Shown here: piece after piece, positions 1-9,945 of the stretch
How the letters are laid out: every line of letters starts with the position of its first letter
How positions within the stretch are numbered: position 1 is the stretch's first letter
From: a candidate division WOR-3 bacterium
GTDB lineage: Bacteria; Hydrothermota; Tepidihabitantia; B3-TA06
Length of the DNA stretch: 30,736 bases
Reading direction: 5' to 3'
Assembly: GCA_965649265.1 (NCBI GenBank)
Contig: CBFGKC010000019.1
Location: forward strand, 1-30,736
The notes under the pieces: generated by a model
What the model saw: only the letters and a program-made list of their open reading frames with translations
What the model was told of the DNA's origin: nothing
Database searches by the model: none
Position numbers and translations under genes: made by a program

Positions 1-189
1 CTTGCCTTTCTCCCGCATCAGGCTCTCGATACCCAAAAGTACAGATACCAGAGACATCGCCCAGGCTACCCAGCTAAAAATGTACCATACGAGCGGTATC
101 TCCTTTATCGGAAACTGCTTGGGACCTATGAAGAAGAAAATGAAGGCAACCAGACCTAACGCGAACGAAATCAATCCCATTGTAGGCAT
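1..189 (-). CDS. Small membrane protein, partial (runs off the window edge)
   Basis: Not in the ORF track. AAGGAGG RBS 6 nt before ATG at 189; open frame MPTMGLISFALGLVAFIFFFIGPKQFPIKEIPLVWYIFSWVAWAMSLVSVLLGIESLMREKGK... with two hydrophobic helices. Confidence 0.7.
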   Translation of the reverse strand, partial: MPTMGLISFALGLVAFIFFFIGPKQFPIKEIPLVWYIFSWVAWAMSLVSVLLGIESLMREKGK

Positions 190-290
190 TTTTGACCTCC
201 TTGGTCGTTATGTATATAAGACGATAAAAATCACCAACGGTTGCGTTATTCATGTTCGTAATCCATTGCCTGTCAGTGATCTCCCTGGAT

Positions 291-1343
291 TTATTCCACC
301 ACCCCGAATTCGAGAACGGCGAGCGGTTTTGATGCCGATATCGCCGCAAGCTCGGGATAGCAGATATCCATGATATCCGTAAAAGATCTCCAGTCCTGCC
401 GGGCTTCCTTGGGAGTCAGCGCACCGTATGCGCTAACGCCTATCCAGTTGATGTAGTCATCGCCCGGATAGTAGGCGGCCATGTTGTTCCATGTGTCCTC
501 CGGAAAGTTCTCCGAGTTTACGTGAAATACCCAGGTGACGTTTTCGACGCCTTCGCTCCGAAAGAGGTCGATAATGTGCCTGTAGGCATCACGGAAGCGC
601 TCGGGACCGTCCGCTTTCAAAGCGTCGCCGTAACCGGCGAGTGTATCGCCGCCGTTGAAAACGCCGCTCCAGGGAAACCAGTCACCGTTGGCCTCGACGC
701 CGAATTCCACCATCAAGGGGTAACCCACCGCCCTGGCGTCCTGTGCCCATGCCTTTAGCTCGGCGTCGAAATCACCGTCGATGATTCGCTCTAGCTTGTA
801 TATTTCATCCGGTCCCTGCTCGTATGTAGAGCGAGCCATCATCCTTATATAAGGCAGCCTGCCGTAATCGTGAATGATCTGGACCGTCTCTTGAGGGAAC
901 TTTATCCCGTCCACCCAGTTGTTCGAGAAATAAACCCATACAAGCGGTCTTCCTGCAAGTTGTTCGTAAGCTTCAATCCTCTCCTCAGTAACGGTATCCT
1001 CCGAGTCACCGAAATCGGGATATGCCGAAAGGTAAATCCCCTGAGAGGGGGGGAGGACCTTCAAGGAATCAAGAGATAATCTCGCTTCGCTTGTAAAGCA
1101 GGTATCAGCCGCACCAGCCTTGAATGCCTCGAGTGCCTCACTGGAGGAATTAATCCTCAGATCGGATGTGCTTGCGTCCTCGTTTTCCCAAATCTCGTTC
1201 CAGTAACTTATTGCGACGATTCGCGGGTAACGCCCGTCCTTGATGGCACTGAATGCGTTGGAGATCCATTCGGCCTTGCGGTTTTGAATGCTGCAGCCGG
1301 CAATCAAAATAACGGCAAAGAGCACTAATATTTGTTTGAACAT
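291..1343 (-). CDS. GH26-like glycoside hydrolase (beta-mannanase-like), lipoprotein, apparently circularly permuted
   Basis: Start moved to ATG 1343 (AAGGAAGG RBS; lipobox IAGC). GH26-type motifs EANGDWFPW (acid/base), YYPGDDYINWIGVSAYG and KPLAVLEFG (nucleophile). Confidence 0.85.
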   Translation of the reverse strand: MFKQILVLFAVILIAGCSIQNRKAEWISNAFSAIKDGRYPRIVAISYWNEIWENEDASTSDLRINSSSEALEAFKAGAADTCFTSEARLSLDSLKVLPPSQGIYLSAYPDFGDSEDTVTEERIEAYEQLAGRPLVWVYFSNNWVDGIKFPQETVQIIHDYGRLPYIRMMARSTYEQGPDEIYKLERIIDGDFDAELKAWAQDARAVGYPLMVEFGVEANGDWFPWSGVFNGGDTLAGYGDALKADGPERFRDAYRHIIDLFRSEGVENVTWVFHVNSENFPEDTWNNMAAYYPGDDYINWIGVSAYGALTPKEARQDWRSFTDIMDICYPELAAISASKPLAVLEFGVVE

Positions 1344-1366
1344 TTTTACCTTCCTTGGTTTGAAAA

Positions 1367-1394
1367 AGCTTAGCCTGTAAAAAAGGAATGTCAA
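1367..1394 (-). promoter_or_regulatory. sigma70-like promoter of the GH26 gene
   Basis: TTGACA-N16-TAAGCT. Confidence 0.55.
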
Positions 1395-1504
1395 CAAGAA
1401 CCTGGGCTTTATTTTGGAAAGACAATTATACAAAAAGTAAATCAGGGATAAGCTAGAATTCTATCAAGTGATTTAAATAATAAACTAGTGTGTACGGTAG
1501 AACC

Positions 1505-1520
1505 TGGTCCTTAATTTGCT
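1505..1520 (+). promoter_or_regulatory. Putative sigma54 -24/-12 promoter
   Basis: TGGTCCTTAATTTGCT (GG-N10-GC) 27 nt before the ATG at 1548; AT-rich upstream region with IHF-like TATCAAGTGATTT at 1462-1474. Confidence 0.45.
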
Positions 1521-1547
1521 TTCCAAGAAGGCAAATGGAGGAACGAG

Positions 1548-3401
1548 ATGGGAGTAATTGTTGTTACCTTACTGCTTTTAGACGCAAGCATAACGTTTCC
1601 AGAGTCCCAGCGATTTGACGCCGGGTTCGACGACGGGTACGGGGTCTCCTTATTTTTGACTCCGGATGGTGAACTATCCACAATTCATGACGACTGGGAT
1701 CTCAACGATGACGGCTGGATCGATCTGGTAGTCATTGATGAGTTTCAATGGGAGGGGAGCAAGCAGAATCAAAGCACTTATTCTTTCGTCTTCTGGGGAA
1801 GCGCCGGGGGATTCAGCAAATCACGCTGTGATTCATTTTTCACTTGCGGAGCCGAATGCGCCGCGGCGGCGGATTTCAACCTCGACGGAAGAACGGACCT
1901 TGTCGTGGCAAATAGTTGTTCTCCATATTCCTATGTGTTTTACGGCTCCCCGGGAGGTATTAATTTTTTGAACCCTGATTCATTCAAGTCCGTATCCAAC
2001 CACGGTTCCATCACCGTCGCCGAGCTCAACGGCGATGGATGGCTCGATCTGGTCTGGAGCAACTGGTTCGGCTGGGGAGGCTATTCAAAGATCTACTGGG
2101 GATCCGGGAGAGGTTTTGACGAATCGAGAACGGATTCGCTTCCTACCGGCCCCGCGCACGGAAACATGGTCGCGGATTTTGACGCTGACGGTTATCCTGA
2201 CATTTTTTGGGCAGTCTATTACGAAGACCGTGATTACATACGCAGGCCTTCACTGATCTACTGGGGAGGCCCGGATGGATACAGCGTGAGCAGGAAAACT
2301 GAGTTGCCCACTGTAGGTCCGGGCGACGACATTGCCGTGGGTGATCTCGACAGGGACGGGCTGCTGGATATCGTCATTCCTAACCATTCAGTCGCCCCCC
2401 CTCCCCAGTGGACCGCGTACGATTATTCATATATTTACTACGGGGCAGGCGGCAGGCTTTTCTGCAAGGACTCCCTTTATGCACACGCTCCATGGGGGGC
2501 AAGTGTCGGAGACATCGACGACGACGGCTGGCTGGACATCGTCTTTGCATGCTCCGGAGATATCAATTCATTGTGGTACAAGGGGTCAAGGAAGGGCTTC
2601 GTTGAATACGATATTCTTCCCGTGATTGGAGCGTCCTCATCCTGTCTCGTCGATTTCAACATGGACGGTCGGTGCGATATAGCCCTGGGCAGCCAGTTAA
2701 CCTCACAAATGAAAATCCTTTATAAAACCAATACCGGCTGGAAAACGGTTGCACTGGATGCGAAAGGGATTGATGCTGGAATGACACGCGATGCAGGAAA
2801 TCCTGCGGATCACGACAACAGAGCATCATATACTTCACCTGTTCTGCAGATAACATCTTCGAGTGATTCAATCGTCGTCATCGACAGTTTCAGGATAGCC
2901 TCTGACGTCAAATGGTTTGGCAGTAATGAGGCCAAAGACGCAGGCGTGGAAATCTGGGTAAGCTATATGTGCAAGTCGGGAGAAAAGACGTGGAGCGACT
3001 GGATGCTTTATGAACCGGGGTATTCCGGGTTCACCGCGGGCAGGGCGCTGCGTTACAAGGTGTGTTTTAAAACGGCAATGCTTGCCCGGGTAACCGTGAG
3101 AAGCGTTGAATTGTTCTACCGCGTCATTGAAGAACCGACTGGCTTGATAATCAGGCGGATAGGAAGCAGGAATTACGAGATATGTTTTAACCAACTGAGC
3201 CTGCTCTCACAGGCAAAGCCTCCATCCATCTATGACCTTGCAGGAAGAAAGGTGAAAACACTAAGGAACATGAGCGGGAATGTCGCGTACTGGAACGGGG
3301 ACGATAACAGCGGGGTAACGCTGGCCAGCGGAATATACTTTCTTGTTGTGAATAACGGTGTTAAGAATTCGTCCTACAAACTTGTACTCTTGCCGGATTG
3401 A
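1548..3401 (+). CDS. Secreted FG-GAP/VCBS-repeat beta-propeller protein with C-terminal FlgD-Ig/T9SS-like sorting domain
   Basis: GGAGG RBS; about seven DxNxDGxxD[LI]V repeats with YWG motifs; C-terminus IYDLAGRKVKTL...WNGDDNSG...SGIYFL...KLVLL. Confidence 0.85.
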   Translation: MGVIVVTLLLLDASITFPESQRFDAGFDDGYGVSLFLTPDGELSTIHDDWDLNDDGWIDLVVIDEFQWEGSKQNQSTYSFVFWGSAGGFSKSRCDSFFTCGAECAAAADFNLDGRTDLVVANSCSPYSYVFYGSPGGINFLNPDSFKSVSNHGSITVAELNGDGWLDLVWSNWFGWGGYSKIYWGSGRGFDESRTDSLPTGPAHGNMVADFDADGYPDIFWAVYYEDRDYIRRPSLIYWGGPDGYSVSRKTELPTVGPGDDIAVGDLDRDGLLDIVIPNHSVAPPPQWTAYDYSYIYYGAGGRLFCKDSLYAHAPWGASVGDIDDDGWLDIVFACSGDINSLWYKGSRKGFVEYDILPVIGASSSCLVDFNMDGRCDIALGSQLTSQMKILYKTNTGWKTVALDAKGIDAGMTRDAGNPADHDNRASYTSPVLQITSSSDSIVVIDSFRIASDVKWFGSNEAKDAGVEIWVSYMCKSGEKTWSDWMLYEPGYSGFTAGRALRYKVCFKTAMLARVTVRSVELFYRVIEEPTGLIIRRIGSRNYEICFNQLSLLSQAKPPSIYDLAGRKVKTLRNMSGNVAYWNGDDNSGVTLASGIYFLVVNNGVKNSSYKLVLLPD

Positions 3402-3412
3402 GCGTACGGGAA

Positions 3413-4207
3413 TCAGGTTTCGAATCCCTCAGGTATACCCTTGAAACGGTGTCGGTTCACGAAGCTAGTAGCCAATGACATCTTGTTGAATGTCCTGTTC
3501 TTGAACGAGTCGAACTTCTTCAAAAAGCCGTCTGGGGTTACCTTTGCCAGGATAATGGGATTGGAGTCAATTTTGTAAACAGGTACCCTTATGGTGGTCA
3601 GCGGCACCCTTGGCCTGTCCCAGGTTTCGGCGCCGACGGTAAAACCTACCCGGTAGCCCGCTTTGTGTGCGGCCCTAAGAACCCTCATATTGAAACGTCC
3701 GAAAGGGTAAGCGATCGCCGGGATCTTGATCCCCAGCCTTCGCTCGAGTATTTCCTTCGAGCATTCAAGCTCCCATGAAAGACGATCGTCAGTCGAACGC
3801 TTCAGGTCGGGATGGGTCATTGTGTGTGAACAGACCTGCCAGCCGTCGCCCATGAGTTCCTCTATCTCTTCCCATTTGAGATGATGGGAACCTCCACCCA
3901 TTATGTCCCACATGTTTCTGGAGCCCGTGTATCCCACAACAATGGAGACCATGCCCTTGAGTCCCATGCGCTTCATCATCGGGTACGCCGTCGTGTAAAT
4001 CTCCCTGTAGCCGTCGTCGAAAGAAAGCATTACGAGAGGTATATCCTGATTGTTGCGTTCGACCAGACATTCTTCAAGACTCCCGGGTTCAATTATTCGC
4101 GTTCTTTTTGAGAGCAGGTCAAGTATCTCCTCGAACCTTCGGGGAAGCACGTTTGTCCAGCCTATGCCGTGCCTGGAGATGTTGTGGAATTCCAGTATGG
4201 TCAGCAT
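3413..4207 (-). CDS. Polysaccharide deacetylase (CE4/NodB, IcaB-like)
   Basis: Motifs LSFDDGY, SHTMTH, AYPFG; overlaps the stop of the upstream GT4 gene. Confidence 0.9.
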   Translation of the reverse strand: MLTILEFHNISRHGIGWTNVLPRRFEEILDLLSKRTRIIEPGSLEECLVERNNQDIPLVMLSFDDGYREIYTTAYPMMKRMGLKGMVSIVVGYTGSRNMWDIMGGGSHHLKWEEIEELMGDGWQVCSHTMTHPDLKRSTDDRLSWELECSKEILERRLGIKIPAIAYPFGRFNMRVLRAAHKAGYRVGFTVGAETWDRPRVPLTTIRVPVYKIDSNPIILAKVTPDGFLKKFDSFKNRTFNKMSLATSFVNRHRFKGIPEGFET

Positions 4208-5349
4208 CGTAAGTCCTCGTGGGAGCGAGCTTCGAAAAGCTCCTGCCAGTAATCCTCAACCTTCCGTGCGATGTGCGGCCAGGAATACTCGAGTGCCCTT
4301 TTCCGTCCACTTAAGCCTATATCTTCCCACTCGCTTCTGCGTCTGTGCAGTTCGAGAATCCCCCTTGCCAGATCGGCCGCGTCGCAGGGTTTCACGAATA
4401 CTCCCGCGTCCGGACTCATGACCCACCTGAAGGCATCGATATCGGTCGCCACTACCGGCTTGCCGGATGCCATCGCTTCGAGCAGCATTATCCCGAAGCT
4501 CTCCGCTCCAATCGACGGCGTGATGGACAGATCGCACCAGCGGTAGTAATCGCGTCTTGCATCCCCGACGATCTCGCCCGCAAAGATCACGGAGTCTCTC
4601 ACTTCTCTCTCGACAAAGCGCTCGTAGTAGGCTCGCATGGGGCCCTCCCCGCATACCACCAGCTTGACGTCCGGCACTTGCCTTTTGATCGAGGTCATCG
4701 CGGAGAGGAGGTAGCGTACTCCCTTCTTCGGATCGAACCTTCCCATGAACAGAAGCTTGAGGGAGGATCGGGGCAGCACATCCTCGAGGGCGCTTCTTCC
4801 CGGCGAAAACAAATCAGTATCAACGCCGTTGGGGATGATCCGGTACTCACCAGGGAAGAAACAGGCCATAGTCTCCTTTGCCACCGGTGAGACCGCGATC
4901 AGCCCGTCGTAATACCTGAAGAACTGTCTCCTCAAGGGCTGTTTGAAGAAGCGGTAGAGGGAGGAGGGGTCGTGGCCGGCGTGGAAAGTTCCCACTGCAA
5001 TCGTGCGCTCGTCGTTTCTGGAATAGTGCAACACCGTCATCGGCAGCATGGGCGCGAGAGAGCCGTGAACGTGAACGACATCGTATTTCTTCCGGCGCAG
5101 CAGTTCGTTGATCCTTGCCCATATTCCTATTCCGAGCGTAACCCTGGAGAAGCTCTTGTTGATGGGTAATCTCACACCGGTGCCGATTCTCGTGACTGCG
5201 ACGTCGGGTGGAACCTTTCCAGAAATCCTCGATGTGAGAACGTCAACCTCGTGTCCCCGGCGCATGAGCTCCCTCGAAAGAAAATAGACGTGCTCACTTA
5301 TCCCCCCAATGTGCGGGAAGTAGTGCTCACTGACCTCTAATATCCTCAA
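4201..5349 (-). CDS. Glycosyltransferase family 4 (PimA-like GT-B fold)
   Basis: MRILEVSEHYFPHIGG, IIPNGVD, GRFDPKKG, ESFGIMLLEAMASGKPVV; TTG start overlapping the upstream TGA. Confidence 0.92.
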   Translation of the reverse strand: MRILEVSEHYFPHIGGISEHVYFLSRELMRRGHEVDVLTSRISGKVPPDVAVTRIGTGVRLPINKSFSRVTLGIGIWARINELLRRKKYDVVHVHGSLAPMLPMTVLHYSRNDERTIAVGTFHAGHDPSSLYRFFKQPLRRQFFRYYDGLIAVSPVAKETMACFFPGEYRIIPNGVDTDLFSPGRSALEDVLPRSSLKLLFMGRFDPKKGVRYLLSAMTSIKRQVPDVKLVVCGEGPMRAYYERFVEREVRDSVIFAGEIVGDARRDYYRWCDLSITPSIGAESFGIMLLEAMASGKPVVATDIDAFRWVMSPDAGVFVKPCDAADLARGILELHRRRSEWEDIGLSGRKRALEYSWPHIARKVEDYWQELFEARSHEDLRC

Positions 5350-6533
5350 CCCTTGTAGATTTTGAGCGCTTCTGCCAGAAGGTGTATGGCTTTCCGGAGA
5401 GCGCGCTCTTCGAGCACGTAGGCTATCCTTATTTCGTTTTTACCGGCGCCGGGCGTGGCATAAAAGCCGTTGGCGGGTGCGACCATTACCGTCTTGCGTT
5501 CCCTTGAAAAATCGGTCAAAAGCCAGGATGCAAATTTGTCGGCATCGTCGACAGGCAGTCCTACAACCGTATAAAATGCACCGTCCGGGGTGGGGGCAAT
5601 GACGCCCGGAATGGCCGAGAGCTCTTCCATGAGCGCTTTGCGGCGTTTATCATATTCGGTAATCATGGGTTTCATGAAGCGGTGAAGATTGCGGAATGAG
5701 GCGACCGCGCCGTACTGCTCAACCGTGGGTGGACAGAGCCTGGCCTGTGCGAACTTCAGAATCGCCGACATGAGTTCGTGGTTGTGGCTCACGATGAATC
5801 CTATCCTTGCACCGCAGGCCGAAAAGCGCTTTGATATGGAGTCGGCGACGATCACCCTGTCTTCGATGCCTGGGAGAGTCAGGGCCGATGTGTGTTCCTT
5901 GCCGTCGTATATGAATTCGCGGTAAACCTCGTCCGAAATGAGGTACAGATCGCGATCCTTCGCTATCTGGCCCAGAACGAACATTTCTTCCTTGGTCAGG
6001 ACCGTTCCTGTGGGATTGTTGGGTGTGCAGATGAGAATGGCCTTGGTCTTGCGAGTTATGTGTTTCTCTATCTCCTTACGCGAGGGAAGCCTGAAGCCGT
6101 TCTCGACCGAGAGTCTTATCGGCACCAGCTTTACTCCCGCGGCGACGGCGAATCCGTTGTAGTTCGTGTAGAACGGCTCGAAAACCACTATTTCGTCGCC
6201 GGGATCGGTAACTCCCCAGAATGCGAAGAGAATCGCTTCAGAGCCGCCGGTCGTGATCCACACGTCGTCGAGTTCGATCTTGATGCCGAAGGAAGAGAAA
6301 TAATCAACCACGGAGAGTCGCAGCTGCACTATGCCTCCGGAAGGTCCGTACTCCAGCACGGGCTCGGTGAACTTGTGAACGGCCTGGAAGAAGTCCTTTG
6401 GTGTGGGGATGTCGGGCTGGCCGATGTTCAGGTGATAGACCTTGATTCCCTGTTTCTTTGCGGCATCAGCAAGCGGAGCGAGCTTTCGTATTGGCGAAGC
6501 CGGCATCATGACGCCGCGGCGTGATATATCCAT
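5346..6533 (-). CDS. PLP-dependent aminotransferase class I/II (aspartate aminotransferase-like)
   Basis: LNIGQPD, PNNPTG, SDEVY, SISKRFSACGARIG (PLP lysine). Confidence 0.93.
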   Translation of the reverse strand: MDISRRGVMMPASPIRKLAPLADAAKKQGIKVYHLNIGQPDIPTPKDFFQAVHKFTEPVLEYGPSGGIVQLRLSVVDYFSSFGIKIELDDVWITTGGSEAILFAFWGVTDPGDEIVVFEPFYTNYNGFAVAAGVKLVPIRLSVENGFRLPSRKEIEKHITRKTKAILICTPNNPTGTVLTKEEMFVLGQIAKDRDLYLISDEVYREFIYDGKEHTSALTLPGIEDRVIVADSISKRFSACGARIGFIVSHNHELMSAILKFAQARLCPPTVEQYGAVASFRNLHRFMKPMITEYDKRRKALMEELSAIPGVIAPTPDGAFYTVVGLPVDDADKFASWLLTDFSRERKTVMVAPANGFYATPGAGKNEIRIAYVLEERALRKAIHLLAEALKIYKG

Positions 6534-6534
6534 T

Positions 6535-7803
6535 CTACCTCCGTGTTAAAAGATTGGTGTCGCGCTCCGTGACCGGGCCGACAAAACTCATGAATAGAGG
6601 TCTGTTCGTGAAAATGTTCGAGGCAAGCTCGAGTATCTCGTCCTCGGAAACCGCGTCGAAGGCCTTGATGGTCTCGCCGATGGTCCGAAAGGTGCGGGAA
6701 AGAAGTTTCCAGTGTCCAAGGCGCATCATTCTGTGGGAGAGACTTTCCATATTGAGCAGGAGCGAGCTTTTGGTCAGGTTCTTTGCGGTGTCGAGCTCAC
6801 CCTTGACGAGTCCCGATTTCTTGAGCCTTGAAAGCTCCTTTTCTATCGTGCCTATAACTTTGTCGAGCTTGCGCTTCTCAGTGACGAAATAAAAACCTGA
6901 AACCCCCGTATCCTCATACAAATCCAGGAACGAGGAAACGGTGTAAACGAGCCCCTTTTCCTCCCTGAGTGTCAAGAAGAGCCTGGAACTCATTCCTCCG
7001 CCGAGCAGTGATGAAAGAAGGGCGCTTGAAAACCGGCTCTCGGAGTTGAGACCCGCCGTCAGCGTTCCCAGCACCGCGTGGACCTGAGATATATCCTTTC
7101 TGGTCGCGACCGTGTTTACCGAATCCTTCCGCATCATCGGCTCGAGGCGTAGTTTCCTCTCAGCTTTGAGCATGTGTGTTTTTTTAGGCAGAAGTTCAAG
7201 AAGCTCTCTCGACTCAATGTCACCTGCGGCTACGAGGATGCTGTCGGCTAAGGTGTAGTTCTCTTTGTAGAGACGGGCAAGGTCACTTCGTGAAAAACGG
7301 GCGAGTGTCTCCTTCTTCCCGAGCACGGTGTAGCCCAGGGGGTGGGGGGCAAAGCTTGCCTCGTAGAATCTGTCGAACACGAGGTCCTGCGGATCCTCCT
7401 CCGCAGATCGCATCTCCTCGTATACTACCTGCTTTTCCTTGCGGAGTTCCTTCTCGTCGAACTTCGACTCCCCCAGCATCTCAAACAGGAGCGCGAGTAG
7501 AGGCTTCATGGAGCTCTTGAGCGACCGGATCGTTAACCCCGAAATCTCTTTTGAGGTGAAACCGTCGCTGATGCCGCCCAGGCGTTCTATCTCTATGAGG
7601 ATATCCCTGGACGAGCGCTTGCGCGTACCCTTGAAAAGCATGTGTTCGATGAGGTGACTGGAGCCGTTATAACGGCTTTCTTCGTCCCTTGAACCCTGCC
7701 GGAAAAATACGCCCAGCGCTACCGATTTGAAACCGGGTATACGCTCAGTTACGACGCGGAGGCCGCTCGGAGCCGTGCTGTCGCGAATGCCTTCGCTGGT
7801 CAT
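6535..7803 (-). CDS. M16 family zinc metallopeptidase (pitrilysin/YmxG-like)
   Basis: GSRDE...HLIEHMLFKGT (HxxEH), LGGGMSSRLF...REEKGLVY; usual position downstream of pnp. Confidence 0.92.
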   Translation of the reverse strand: MTSEGIRDSTAPSGLRVVTERIPGFKSVALGVFFRQGSRDEESRYNGSSHLIEHMLFKGTRKRSSRDILIEIERLGGISDGFTSKEISGLTIRSLKSSMKPLLALLFEMLGESKFDEKELRKEKQVVYEEMRSAEEDPQDLVFDRFYEASFAPHPLGYTVLGKKETLARFSRSDLARLYKENYTLADSILVAAGDIESRELLELLPKKTHMLKAERKLRLEPMMRKDSVNTVATRKDISQVHAVLGTLTAGLNSESRFSSALLSSLLGGGMSSRLFLTLREEKGLVYTVSSFLDLYEDTGVSGFYFVTEKRKLDKVIGTIEKELSRLKKSGLVKGELDTAKNLTKSSLLLNMESLSHRMMRLGHWKLLSRTFRTIGETIKAFDAVSEDEILELASNIFTNRPLFMSFVGPVTERDTNLLTRR

Positions 7804-9943
7804 CGTTGCGGTTTCCCTCGCGGGGTGAATTCCTGTCTCCTGAACCTCTGGAACGCTCTCTTTCCTTGTCCGAAGAGGGATCGAGATTCGTGGTCAAATC
7901 CACCCTGCCCATTTCGTCTATTCCTTTTACCCTGACCTGGATCTTGTCGCCGATCTTTACGACGTCCTCGACCTTTGCCACACGGTGTGGGGCTAGATTG
8001 GAGATGTGCACGAGACCGTCCTTGCCGCGGAAGAGCTCGACGAACGCGCCGAAGTTGGTTATCCTTACAACGGTGCCTTCGTAAATCTGGCCGACTTCCA
8101 CTTCCTTGACTATCTCTCTTACCATCGAAAGGGCGTTCTCGACGCCCTCCATGGTGGGTCCGGAGATGATCACGGTCGAGGTCTCGTCATCTATATCAAT
8201 CGTCGTGCCGGTCTCCTCGGTCATCTTTCGTATTACGCGTCCGCCGGGGCCTATTACCTCGCCGATCTTGTCGCGCGGTATCTGGAGAGTCGTGATTCTT
8301 GGCGCGAAGTTGCTTATCTCCGTTCTAGGCGCGTTGATGGTCCTCTCCATTATGTCGAGGATGTGCATCCTTGCGGCGGTGGACTTCTCAATCGCGTCTG
8401 CCAGCACCTCCAGGGGTACACCCTTGAGCTTCAAATCGAGCTGGATGCCCGTGATGCCGTCCCTTGTACCCGCAACCTTGAAATCCATGTCGCCGTAGTG
8501 GTCCTCGTCCCCAAGGATATCCGTGAATATCACGTATCCTTCGGGTTCGTAAACGAGACCCATGGCTATGCCGGCGGCCGATTTGCGCATTGGCACGCCT
8601 GCGTCGAAGAGCGCGAGCGAGGCACCGCATACCGAGGCCATCGAACTCGAGCCGTTGGACTCCAGTATGAAGGAGTTGATCCTGATGGTGTACGGGAAAG
8701 TATTGTCCTCAGGGGCAAGAACTCTTACTGACTTTTCCGCCAGCGCGCCGTGGCCTATCTCCCTGCGGCCGGGGCCGCGCAGGAATTTAACCTCTCCCAC
8801 CGAGAAAGGCGGGAATTCGTAATGAAGCATGAACGACTTGTACGCCTCGCGTTCAACGTCGTCGATCATCTGCTCGTCGCTCTTGGTGCCGAGCGTTACA
8901 ACCGCCAGGGACTGGGTCTGACCTCTCGTGAAAAGCGCCGACCCGTGGGTGCGTGGAAGCACTCCGACCTCGCAGGATATGGGTCTTACCTCGTCAAGCC
9001 CCCTGCCGTCGAGCCGCTGGCCCTTCAGCGCGCGGGCACGCATGTCCTTCTTGATCATCTCGTCAATGAGATAGAGAATAATCTGCTTCGAATCCGGGTA
9101 AGCCTCCTCCAGAGCTTTTACGACCTCCTCCCCGAGATTTCTGTGAGCTTCGCTGCGAGCCTGCTTCTCTTTGATGTCGTTGATCCCTGCTATCCTGGGA
9201 AGAGCCAGTTCGGTTACCTTCGCCCTCAATTCCTCCGGGGTCCCCTCGCTCTTGAATTCCTTCTTGGTTTTGCCGACCTTCCGCGCAAGCTCGAGCTGAG
9301 CCTGGATCAGGGGTGCGAGCGTTTCCTGGGCAAGCCGCATGGCATCCACTGCGACCGACGGGGGTACTTCATTGGCCTCGCATTCGATCATGTTGATCTC
9401 GCGGCCGTTGGAGACGACGAGTATCTCGAAATCGCATTCGTCGAGTTGAGATATAGTAGGGTTTATCACGAACTCGCCGTTCATGCGGCCTATCTTTATT
9501 GCCGCTATGGGGCCCGCGAACGGGATTTCCGACAGCGTGAGTGCGGCGGATGCGCCCGTTATGGCCATTGCGTCGGGTGAATTTTCACCGTCAAAGGAAA
9601 GAAGGAAGCCTATTATTTGAACTTCGTGTCCCACATCCTCCGGTATAAGCGGTCTGACGGGTCTGTCTATCATGCGGCTGATGAGTATCTCCCTGTCTCT
9701 CGGTTTCCCTTCGCGTTTAAAGAACCCCCCCGGTATTTTGCCGGCGGCGGAATAATATTCTCTATAGTCCACAGTAAGGGGAAGGAACCCGAAACTCTTG
9801 GATTCCTCCTGACTGTAGCAAGCGGTCATCAAAAGGACGCTATCACCGTACTGAATACGCACGGCGCCGTTAGCCTGTTTGGCCCAATGGCCGGTCTCAA
9901 AAATTAGTTTGCGACCGCCTATTTCGGTCTCTATGCGTTCCAC
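7745..9943 (-). CDS. pnp: Polyribonucleotide nucleotidyltransferase (PNPase)
   Basis: IPGGFFKREG, HGSALFTRGQTQ, RREIGHGALAE, ESNGSSSMAS, DMDFKVAGT, KH and S1 domains; follows rpsO. Confidence 0.98.
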   Translation of the reverse strand: MERIETEIGGRKLIFETGHWAKQANGAVRIQYGDSVLLMTACYSQEESKSFGFLPLTVDYREYYSAAGKIPGGFFKREGKPRDREILISRMIDRPVRPLIPEDVGHEVQIIGFLLSFDGENSPDAMAITGASAALTLSEIPFAGPIAAIKIGRMNGEFVINPTISQLDECDFEILVVSNGREINMIECEANEVPPSVAVDAMRLAQETLAPLIQAQLELARKVGKTKKEFKSEGTPEELRAKVTELALPRIAGINDIKEKQARSEAHRNLGEEVVKALEEAYPDSKQIILYLIDEMIKKDMRARALKGQRLDGRGLDEVRPISCEVGVLPRTHGSALFTRGQTQSLAVVTLGTKSDEQMIDDVEREAYKSFMLHYEFPPFSVGEVKFLRGPGRREIGHGALAEKSVRVLAPEDNTFPYTIRINSFILESNGSSSMASVCGASLALFDAGVPMRKSAAGIAMGLVYEPEGYVIFTDILGDEDHYGDMDFKVAGTRDGITGIQLDLKLKGVPLEVLADAIEKSTAARMHILDIMERTINAPRTEISNFAPRITTLQIPRDKIGEVIGPGGRVIRKMTEETGTTIDIDDETSTVIISGPTMEGVENALSMVREIVKEVEVGQIYEGTVVRITNFGAFVELFRGKDGLVHISNLAPHRVAKVEDVVKIGDKIQVRVKGIDEMGRVDLTTNLDPSSDKERERSRGSGDRNSPREGNRNDDQRRHSRQHGSERPPRRN

Positions 9944-9945
9944 GA

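Noticed and set aside
74-349. 91-aa minus ORF as a frameshifted continuation of GH26
   Set aside because: Only a short QWITN resemblance. The missing barrel segment is already present at the N-terminus, and the ORF overlaps a better-supported gene starting at 189.
8006-9580. Long plus-strand ORFs (241 and 276 aa), and similar ones at 5892, 10597, 17573 and 26414
   Set aside because: Antisense shadows of well-supported genes, with no recognisable motifs or RBS.
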